Part shown: positions 56,968-64,000 of the stretch, piece by piece
Position numbering within the stretch: the stretch's first letter is position 1
How the letters are laid out: each line of letters opens with the position of its first letter
Source: Candidatus Hecatella orcuttiae
GTDB lineage: Archaea > Thermoproteota > Bathyarchaeia > Hecatellales > Hecatellaceae
Reading direction: 5' to 3'
DNA: 64,000 nucleotides
Assembly: GCA_002011035.2 (NCBI GenBank)
Contig: MTLY02000002.1
Coordinates: forward strand, 1-64,000
Notes under the pieces: model-generated
Database searches by the model: none
What the model was told of the DNA's origin: nothing
The model's input: only the letters and a program-made list of their open reading frames with translations
Translations under genes and position numbers: made by a program

Positions 56968-57089
56968 TGCTCCGGGCGGGATTCGAACCCGCGACCTCCG
57001 GCTCGAAAGGCCGGAATACTTGACCGGGATTTACCAGCCTGGCGCAGGAAAACCCCGCACCGTTTGAGGGCTGCCTATACTACCGGAGC
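56968..57089 (-). tRNA. tRNA-Glu(TTC) with ~46-nt D-loop intron (~57029-57074)
   Basis: GCTCCGGTAGTATAG[intron]CCCGGTCAAGTATTCCGGC CTTTCGA GCCGG...GGTTCGAATCC...CCGGAGCA. Confidence 0.9.
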
Positions 57090-57464
57090 TCCCTTGTCTG
57101 AGCGTGGCTTCGACCTTCTAGGTTTGGAAAGCTAGACGCGGGAAGGGTTTAAAAGACTTTCTTCAGAAAGACCTACTTCTCAGCCACCGGCAGCGGTGGC
57201 ATTGCTGGCAGTTTCCGCGGCAGGTTTTGAGGTTTGAGTTTTTAAAAACTAGACGGCCGTCTATGAGTTCCACGTTGAAATATCTCTGTAAGCTGCAGTC
57301 TTCTTTCAAGTTTCGCATGAATAATTCTACAAAACGGATGGGTGGCGGAGTATTTTAGGGTTCCCTTTATCGTCTTAAATTCAGATAGGGGCCCCATAAA
57401 ATATTAAAGTGAAAAGGACTAACTCTGCATCATCCTCAACGGTTAAACCTCAGGATGACCCACC

Positions 57465-58217
57465 ATGGGCGGCTGCAATCTGGCGGTTTTGGCTTCAGGC
57501 GAAGGAACAAATTTCCAAGCCATAGCCGACCATGTGGCGGCAGGGGTTCTTCGAAACGTGAACCTGAGGGTTCTGGTTTACAACCGCCCTGAGGCGAAGG
57601 TGAAGGATAGGGCGGAAAAATGCCAGGTGCCTAGCGAGTTTGTTTCCCACGCAGGTAAGGACAGGGGAGAGTTTGACGAAGAAGTCATAGACACTCTGAA
57701 CAGGTATGGCGTCGACCTCATTGCCTTAGCCGGCTGGGACAGGATACTTGGAGCGGAGTTCATTGAGAAATACCGGTGGAAGATATTGAACATCCACCCA
57801 TCCCTACTCCCTTTCGCCGGGGGTAAAGGCATGTACGGCCGAAAAGTCCACAAAGCCGTCTTAGAGTCAGGAGTGAAGGTCACAGGACCCACGGTTCACT
57901 ACGTTGACATAGCCGTAGACCGAGGGCCGATAATCGACCAGTATCCGGTACACATCGGCGACATCTACGGACTACCCATAGCTTGGGAGGACAAGATCAC
58001 CCTTCTCGCGGAAAGGGTGCTTCTCTACGAGCATAGGCTGTATTCTAGGGTGATCCAGCTGCAGGCGGATGGAAGAATAAAAATTGAAACCGAAAAAGTG
58101 GAGAGGGAAGGCATGACTTGGGAGCTGACCATCGCAGTCCCAGATTACAGCGGAAACTGGCTTAAAGAATGGAATGAGAGGCAGAGAAAGTTTCTAGCCC
58201 TTCAAAACGAAAAATAG
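57465..58217 (+). CDS. purN: Phosphoribosylglycinamide formyltransferase
   Basis: Motifs ASGEGTNFQA, LAGW, LNIHPSLLP, TVHYV..VDRGPII, EH.LY. Confidence 0.93.
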   Translation: MGGCNLAVLASGEGTNFQAIADHVAAGVLRNVNLRVLVYNRPEAKVKDRAEKCQVPSEFVSHAGKDRGEFDEEVIDTLNRYGVDLIALAGWDRILGAEFIEKYRWKILNIHPSLLPFAGGKGMYGRKVHKAVLESGVKVTGPTVHYVDIAVDRGPIIDQYPVHIGDIYGLPIAWEDKITLLAERVLLYEHRLYSRVIQLQADGRIKIETEKVEREGMTWELTIAVPDYSGNWLKEWNERQRKFLALQNEK

Positions 58218-58244
58218 GAAGGTGCTGAAGCCATCGCAGTCCTA

Positions 58245-59153
58245 ATGCACGCTGAACCGATTTTCAAGAAAATCAAGGAAGAAGTTAGAAGGGAACTGGC
58301 AGCCTTCAAAGAAGAGGGAATAACTCCCGGCTTGGCCGCCATCATAGCCACCGATAACCCTCCAGAGCTCCTCACGGCTAAAAAATACGTGGCCCTGAAA
58401 GAAGCTGACTGCAGAGAAGTTGGAATCTATTTCGAAGCCCATGAAATATGCGGGTATTCTCCTGAGGACAGGGAAAAAGCTTTGCTAGGCTTGATCGAGA
58501 AGCTCAATTTAAGAGACGACATCACCGGCATACTGGTTCAAATGCCTCTCCCAGGGTTTATCAACAGAGAGAGACTTCTTGAAAAAATAAACCCGATGAA
58601 GGACGTCGACGGGCTGACCCCCTACAACAAGGGTCGAATGCTGAGCTCCTACAGCTTGGAAGAGGATCTTCTCCCCTGCACGGCGGTGGGCATCGTGCAG
58701 CTGCTGGAGTATTACAGAATAAACCCAGCTGGGAAAGACGCTGTGATCGTGGGAAGAAGCGACCTAGTCGGACGGCCTCTGCGCATCCTACTTGAAGACA
58801 GGGATGCGACAGTAACATGCCTCCACCGGAAAACCAAAAACAAGTACGAGAAAGTAGCGGAGGGAGACCTCGTCGTTTCAGCCGTAGGGCGGCCTCCTGA
58901 ACTTTACAGGGAAGACTCCTTCAGGCTTACGGCGGAGCTGATAAAGGACGGCGCTGTCATTGTGGGAGTGGGAGGGAAAAGAGACCCCGCCACCGGCAAG
59001 ATGTACTTCGACGTGGATGTGGAAAGCGTGTCTGAAAAGGCATCGTACGTCACGCCCAACATCGGAGGCGTAGGCTTGATGACTCGGGCGAGGCTGCTGA
59101 AAAACCTGATTAGTGCAACAAGGCGGCTGGCGGAACAAGTGAAGCCCTACTGA
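58245..59153 (+). CDS. folD: Methylene-THF dehydrogenase/cyclohydrolase
   Basis: Motifs YVALK, GILVQMPLP, KDVDG, PCTA.G, GRSDLVGRP, GGVG.MT. Confidence 0.93.
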   Translation: MHAEPIFKKIKEEVRRELAAFKEEGITPGLAAIIATDNPPELLTAKKYVALKEADCREVGIYFEAHEICGYSPEDREKALLGLIEKLNLRDDITGILVQMPLPGFINRERLLEKINPMKDVDGLTPYNKGRMLSSYSLEEDLLPCTAVGIVQLLEYYRINPAGKDAVIVGRSDLVGRPLRILLEDRDATVTCLHRKTKNKYEKVAEGDLVVSAVGRPPELYREDSFRLTAELIKDGAVIVGVGGKRDPATGKMYFDVDVESVSEKASYVTPNIGGVGLMTRARLLKNLISATRRLAEQVKPY

Positions 59154-59180
59154 ATTTCAGTCCTTTCCAAAGGGGGAAGC

Positions 59181-60224
59181 TTGGTGAAAATCAGGTTCAC
59201 GAGGATTGTTAGAAAAGCCAAGATTCTGACCGGTTCTAACAGTGTGGAGGAATACCGCCTAGAACACAGAGTCGACCCCCTAACCGGCCGCTTGTCCACC
59301 GTCTGCCCGGGAATAAAGGAAAAAAGGGGATTGTTCTTCGGAAAACCGGATTGGACCTTAGTCAAGACCTTGGCAGAAGAAAGCAAGGCCTCTTGCCCCT
59401 TCTGCCCCGAGAACCTTCAAAGCGCAACAGCGAGATTCTACAATCTGAAGAAAAAAAGGCTAAGGTTTGGGAAAGCCTGGGCTTTTCCGAACCTCTATCC
59501 TCGAGCTGAATTCGAGGCAGTGGCAGTCTTAACTCCCCGCCACTTTCTTGGCCTAAACCAGTTTACCCCTCGGGTTCTCTACGAGGGCTTGAGAGTACTC
59601 CTGGAATGCGCTTGGGAAGCTTGGGAATCTAAGCCTCGTTTAAAATACGCCTGCATTGGGGGTAACTATCTTTTTCCAGCCGGAGCCAGCCTTTTACACC
59701 CCCATTTTCAGCTTATCATGCGGGATCTTCAGTTTAACTATGTAAAGGAACTTTCCCGCTGCAGTGAAGCCTACCATAGGGAACAGGGGGAAAATTATTG
59801 GGAAGCATTGGTGAAGCAGGAGAAGTCCCGGGGAGAAAGGTTCGTTGGCTACGTGAACGGAACCTACTGGTTAACTCCTTTTGCCCCCCAAGGAATGGAT
59901 GAGGTTCAGGCGGTGGTTTTGGGGAAATCTCACCTCTTAGAGCTTGATGCCTGCATTCTGAAAGGTTTAGCCTCAGGCCTCTCAAAAGTGCTGAAATACT
60001 ACGACGAAACAGGACTCTCAAGCTTCAATATAGCTCTCTACTCGGAGGCCTTGGGTGTGAAAACAGAGCATTTCACCTGCCTTTTGAGGGTGATTTCAAG
60101 ACCCAACATGCGGGAGAACTACACCAACTTCGACGGCTGGTACGCCCAGAAGCTGCTGGATGAAACAGTACTCGTGGATTCACCGGAATCTCGAGCGGCA
60201 GATCTTCGAAAACTTTTCCCATAA
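59181..60224 (+). CDS. Galactose-1-phosphate uridylyltransferase (GalT/HIT) family
   Basis: Motifs RVDPLTG, CPFCP, FPNLYP, GASLLHPHFQ. Confidence 0.85.
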   Translation: MVKIRFTRIVRKAKILTGSNSVEEYRLEHRVDPLTGRLSTVCPGIKEKRGLFFGKPDWTLVKTLAEESKASCPFCPENLQSATARFYNLKKKRLRFGKAWAFPNLYPRAEFEAVAVLTPRHFLGLNQFTPRVLYEGLRVLLECAWEAWESKPRLKYACIGGNYLFPAGASLLHPHFQLIMRDLQFNYVKELSRCSEAYHREQGENYWEALVKQEKSRGERFVGYVNGTYWLTPFAPQGMDEVQAVVLGKSHLLELDACILKGLASGLSKVLKYYDETGLSSFNIALYSEALGVKTEHFTCLLRVISRPNMRENYTNFDGWYAQKLLDETVLVDSPESRAADLRKLFP

Positions 60225-60262
60225 CCGGTTTTTACGAAGGGTCTAACCTCGTTCGTTGAAAG

Positions 60263-60333
60263 AAGGTCGGAGGAGGTGCCTTTACATCCTCATAAGCCCG
60301 AGGCTTCGGTTCAGGTCAGTCTCCTCATTCCAG
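60263..60333 (-). ncRNA. Box C/D guide sRNA (predicted 16S rRNA targets)
   Basis: Minus strand: C ATGAGGA, guide GACTGACCTGAA, D' CCGA, hairpin AGCC-TCG-GGCT, C' ATGAGGA, guide ..GCACCTCCT, D CCGA. Confidence 0.68.
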
Positions 60334-60364
60334 AGGAAAAAATTCGGCAACCCTATTTAAGAAT

Positions 60365-60562
60365 TTAGCCTGAAAGTGCGCCGTGTTTTTTGATCTTGGT
60401 GATGTAACCTGCTATCTGGTCTTTGATTTTCTTCGACTCCGACCCAGTGAGTTCGTCTACTATTTTTTTGTTATGTTCAAAATCGGCTGTGAAGAGGTTG
60501 GAATACCTTTCCATCAGAGTCTTGGAAATCCTCTTGACTAGCGCTGTCTTAATGCGGCCCAA
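60365..60562 (-). CDS. rps17e: Ribosomal protein S17e
   Basis: MGRIKT..VKR, FTADFEHNK, QIAGYIT. Confidence 0.96.
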   Translation of the reverse strand: MGRIKTALVKRISKTLMERYSNLFTADFEHNKKIVDELTGSESKKIKDQIAGYITKIKKHGALSG

Positions 60563-60779
60563 GCTTCACTCCCAGCACAGCCATAGATGGTTTCGTGAAC
60601 TTCAATAAATCATTTTGCATGAGGGCTGAAAAACTGTTTTCTCGATTTTTTCGGTAAACTCGCCTTTTTTTGAGGGAGAGTGCTTCTTCAGTTCATTTTT
60701 TAAGCTGAAAGTTAACGTTAAGCCGATGCAAAAGTTTATTATGTGATTTAGGCTAAAAATATTATTGGTGCATGGAAAA

Positions 60780-61001
60780 ATGTCCGAAAAAGAGATGTCC
60801 CTCGCCCCTCTCCACAGGCTGATAAAAAAGGCTGGCGCCTACAGGGTTAGTGAGTCAGCTGCCGATGAGTTGAGGAGATCCCTAGAGGACTTGGCGGTTA
60901 AAATAGCCAAGGAAGCCATGGATTACTGCGCTCACGCGGGAAGAAAAACCGTGAAAAGGGAAGACATCGAGCTGGCCTTGAAGAAACTTCTGAGGGAATA
61001 A
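60780..61001 (+). CDS. Archaeal histone (HMf family)
   Basis: APLHRLIKKAGAYRVSESA...HAGRKTVKREDIELA. Confidence 0.95.
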   Translation: MSEKEMSLAPLHRLIKKAGAYRVSESAADELRRSLEDLAVKIAKEAMDYCAHAGRKTVKREDIELALKKLLRE

Positions 61002-61192
61002 CACCATTTCAGCTCCGATGCTCGCCATCTGAAAGCTGAAGTTGCTGAGAGCTTCACTCTCACACTAATCCTTACTTTCGAAGTCTTTCTTAAACTGAAC
61101 GTAAGCTGATCCAGCTTTCTATATGGAGTTCTGAAATGGTTTGCAGGGAAGAGAAAAAAATAAGGGCAGCCATTTAATACTTCGAAGAATGT

Positions 61193-61314
61193 AGCCCGGT
61201 GGTGTAGCGGTCAAGCATAGCGGGCTTTGGCTCGCCCTTCCGCGAGAAGAAACCCGCCGACGGGAGTTCGAAAGGCGCTTTCAAGGCAGCCCGAAAGTCT
61301 CCCCCGGGCTACCA
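61193..61314 (+). tRNA. tRNA-Gln(TTG) with two introns (37/38: 61231-61251; 59/60: 61273-61297)
   Basis: AGCCCGG/CCGGGCT acceptor with ACCA. Both introns form bulge-helix-bulge motifs (CTTT:GAAG and TTCG:CGAA). Confidence 0.93.
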
Positions 61315-61325
61315 TACCCGCGGTT

Positions 61326-62435
61326 TTATGTGCGGGCTTTCTCAGCCTTCCATTTTTCCAGTTCTCCGTCGACGGTTGGGATCGTTTCTTCGGGTATTGC
61401 GCATCGCATGGGGCCTCCTCGGCAGCCTCCGCTCCAGTAGCAGATTCTGTGGCTTCTGAGGGCTATGATGTCCTTGGCTTTGAGGGGTTCGCAGCCTTGC
61501 ATTCTCAGTTTGGCGGCTATATCCTCTGTCAAGGCTCCTCCACGAGCAGCGTCCCATCTGCCCTCCCGGTATAGTTGGATTAAAGCTTTCAGAAAACAGT
61601 AGACTTTTTCTCCTCTCTCGTCAAGAACTTTCCTCACCATGTCCCGGACAGAGTTCCTTCTGTCACCCAGTTCGAAGCCTCTTTTTTTATCGAAAAAATA
61701 ATGCTCCCCTACAAACCGGTCGATGTTGATCCAGACAGGCCATCCGACCTTGTTGAGGATTTCAATGAATTTCTCGTCGGAGTTCACTTGGATGATTTTT
61801 TCTAAAGCTTCCTCTCTTTCCCTGTCGGTGAAAAACTGGAGTTTAGCCGTTTTATGTTTTTCATCAAACTGGTTAAACCATTCCAGCCCTGCCTGCTTCC
61901 CCATGTTGTAGAGGTCTTTGTCGTTGTAGTAAAATCGTTTAATCAACATCCTTCTCTCTGCCAACTTATCTGCGTGTTCACCTGCAAGGCGGGGGGCTTC
62001 ATCTTCTACGTCCACTATTTCCAGCTTGAACTTTATCGCTCGCCCGGCTAGGGGATGGTTCAAGTCGAGAGTAACACTGTCCTCCCTCACCTCCACGATG
62101 GTGGCCATCTGGGTTTTCCCCTCCTCGGTTTTCAGCTGAACAATGACTCCCTCCTTAATCTGCTCAGATGGCCCTTGGAACATTTCCTTGGGAATTTCAA
62201 CTGTCAGGTTTTCTTCCCGTATACCGTGGGCTTTCTCCGGGGGGATGATGACGGTTTTCTTGACCCCTTTCTCAAGCCCCAACACAGCTTCTTCTAAGCC
62301 TAGAAGAACGCGGCCTTCCCCCACTCTAAACTCGATGGGGTCTCTGTGAAGGGTGGAATCGACCACGCGGCCGTCAACTTCGGCGATGTAATGCACCTTC
62401 ACAAGGCTTCCTTTCTCAACAACCAAAAACTTCAA
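61326..62435 (-). CDS. FKBP/SlyD-type peptidyl-prolyl isomerase fused to a ~220-aa unknown domain
   Basis: VKVHY, VDST, GLEEAV.G, IPPEKAHG, LDLNHPLAG, followed by an unrelated C-terminal region. Confidence 0.85.
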   Translation of the reverse strand: MKFLVVEKGSLVKVHYIAEVDGRVVDSTLHRDPIEFRVGEGRVLLGLEEAVLGLEKGVKKTVIIPPEKAHGIREENLTVEIPKEMFQGPSEQIKEGVIVQLKTEEGKTQMATIVEVREDSVTLDLNHPLAGRAIKFKLEIVDVEDEAPRLAGEHADKLAERRMLIKRFYYNDKDLYNMGKQAGLEWFNQFDEKHKTAKLQFFTDREREEALEKIIQVNSDEKFIEILNKVGWPVWINIDRFVGEHYFFDKKRGFELGDRRNSVRDMVRKVLDERGEKVYCFLKALIQLYREGRWDAARGGALTEDIAAKLRMQGCEPLKAKDIIALRSHRICYWSGGCRGGPMRCAIPEETIPTVDGELEKWKAEKART

Positions 62436-62569
62436 CCTCTCTGAAGATGAAAAGATAGTTCGATATAAATACTCTCCTCCATCGAAAAGGAAAGGGCAAC
62501 GCGAAACCGAAAGGAAAAATCATAAAGATGGGAAGCCCGTTAACCTATCGTCCGTGAAGGCAGAAACCC

Positions 62570-63169
62570 ATGTTGACGAAGCTGAGAATCCGCGTGGAAG
62601 AGCTGCTGTGTACACTAGCCGAAGGGCTTCTGAAAGCCGGCGTCGGCCCCAACACCATGACCGCCCTAGGTTTCATCCTAGCGGTTTCCGCAGGCTATTT
62701 TTACGCGTTTTCCCCCCAACCACGGTTTATTTGGCTGGCTGCCTCCCTACTCCTTATCTCAGGACTGTTCGATGCTTTGGACGGGGCGGCGGCTAGGCTC
62801 AGCGGCCGGGCTACGAGTTTCGGAAGCTTCTTAGACTCTCTGCTGGACAGATACAGCGACGTAGCTGTCATCTTCGGAATCACTCTCTCTTACAGGGAAG
62901 TTTCAGTCCTCGGGGTTTCCGGAATGATATGGGGAATACTGGCTCTCACCGGTTCTCTGTTGGTGAGCTACACCAGAGCGAAGGGGGAAAGCCTAGGCAT
63001 TTCCATGGGGGGAGTAGGCTTGGCGGAAAGGCCGGAGCGCATCCTCATCATATTTGCTTCCAGCATCTTCCTCCGGCCGGATTTGGGTTTGGCCGCTGTG
63101 GCCGTGTTATCCAACCTAACCGTGGCTCATAGGAGCCTTCACATTTACCGCCAATCCAAGCCCAAATAA
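62570..63169 (+). CDS. pgsA: CDP-alcohol phosphatidyltransferase (archaetidylinositol-phosphate synthase-like)
   Basis: Motifs PNTMT, DALDGAAAR, GSFLDSLLDRYSD, VSYTRAKGE, ERPER. Confidence 0.9.
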   Translation: MLTKLRIRVEELLCTLAEGLLKAGVGPNTMTALGFILAVSAGYFYAFSPQPRFIWLAASLLLISGLFDALDGAAARLSGRATSFGSFLDSLLDRYSDVAVIFGITLSYREVSVLGVSGMIWGILALTGSLLVSYTRAKGESLGISMGGVGLAERPERILIIFASSIFLRPDLGLAAVAVLSNLTVAHRSLHIYRQSKPK

Positions 63170-63224
63170 GCTGGCTTTTAACCTCCGCTTTCGCCTTCAA
63201 AGTGACACCTGCGGTTGAAAAGAG

Positions 63225-64000
63225 CTAGGATGCTTCCAGCTGCTTGAACATCTTCAAATATTCGGTTTTGATGTCTTTCTCCCTCTCCTCGCTTCCTAAG
63301 ACTTTCACCAAAAGCTCGGAGGGATATTTCTTCAAGTCCTCCATCAGGAAGCGAGGGGAGGTGAGCAGAAAATAGGGCTTGGCAAGTTGAACCAGTTTTT
63401 CAGCTTCCCATCCTCCCCTCTGGATGGCCGCCCTGATCTCTTCAACCTCGATGCCTAAGGCTCTGGAGAAATAGTGAGCGGATAGAGACACTGCCTTTTC
63501 CAAGGTTTCTTCGAAGGAGATAGGGAGATAGAAGAGAGGCTTCCTCAGCCACCACCTCTTCTCTAGTCTCGGAGTCAGATAGAGGTAGTGCCGGATGGGT
63601 GTGCCTGCGAATTTTTCCCTAACCTCTTCGTTGACGCTTAACATTCTTTTACCTATCCCCGCGAGGAGGATGGGCATGGGGAGGGGGCTCAACTTTTCCA
63701 CCGCCTTTTCCATCGCCTCTCTCCATATCTCTAAGGGCTTCCCCCTCTTTCTTTTGAGGGGATATTTCGAAGATCCGAGAACCAAGGCTATACCGGCATG
63801 CCTCTCTCTGCCTTCCACTGTGCGGACGAATTCTTCCAGAAGCCTCTCCGAATCTTCAGCTAGAATTTGCAGAGTGTACACAGCACGGCTTCGCCCTTGT
63901 GTTTCGCAGGCTTCCAAAAACCTTTGATACGACCTCAGGGGTAGGCCTTCTTTTTCGGCGTCGAAAACATGGTACTGTGTCAGCTTGGGGGCGCTACCTA
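63225..64000 (-). CDS. Hypothetical protein (5' partial)
   Basis: The frame is open to the window end; no family recognised. Confidence 0.7.
   Translation of the reverse strand, partial: GSAPKLTQYHVFDAEKEGLPLRSYQRFLEACETQGRSRAVYTLQILAEDSERLLEEFVRTVEGRERHAGIALVLGSSKYPLKRKRGKPLEIWREAMEKAVEKLSPLPMPILLAGIGKRMLSVNEEVREKFAGTPIRHYLYLTPRLEKRWWLRKPLFYLPISFEETLEKAVSLSAHYFSRALGIEVEEIRAAIQRGGWEAEKLVQLAKPYFLLTSPRFLMEDLKKYPSELLVKVLGSEEREKDIKTEYLKMFKQLEAS

Noticed and set aside
57180-57410. Riboswitch or structured leader upstream of purN (two short hairpins)
   Set aside because: No recognisable purine, ZMP or THF aptamer consensus; the hairpins are short enough to be chance.
61005-61115. Additional C/D sRNA after the histone gene (several CTGA)
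   Set aside because: No convincing C box with correct spacing and no terminal stem.
61227-61574. ORFs overlapping tRNA genes (also 29206-29403 and 30139-30333)
   Set aside because: They overlap clear tRNA structures or antisense genes and are spurious.
1-64000. CRISPR array, IS/transposase, integrase or rRNA gene
   Set aside because: No regularly spaced repeats, recombinase motifs or rRNA-like stretches were seen by eye.

Overview
Archaeal chromosomal window of about 60 genes, most consistent with TACK/Bathyarchaeia (inferred from HMf-type histone, S30e, S17e, Nop5/fibrillarin, EndA, a CFI-box-CTERM protein and multi-intron tRNAs). Housekeeping content includes pyrD/pyrK, glyS, endA, a beta-CASP RNase, ubiX, a Mo/W ABC transporter with a Tfx regulator, cobY, a CadC/CadA metal-efflux islet, a divergently split 'headless' complex I-like (Nuo/Fpo) cluster without NiFe ligands, nfeD/slipin, lpdA, a presenilin-type protease, purN/folD and a galT-like gene. 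The most notable items are: (1) a three-gene heme-copper-oxidase-family operon whose subunit I has Asp at the helix-VI His and Tyr positions, whose subunit II has lost its CuA ligands, and which includes an unannotated 35-aa membrane subunit; (2) a tRNA-Val(GAC) with an acceptor-stem-proximal, possibly nested intron; (3) three unannotated box C/D guide RNAs with inferable targets; (4) an inverted, decayed copy of tRNA-Leu(GAG) and its flanks bordering the metal-resistance islet; (5) unusual fusions (GDPD-NDT, FKBP-unknown) and a PP-loop-less ThiI. All calls come from reading the sequence by eye; no searches or folding programs were run.
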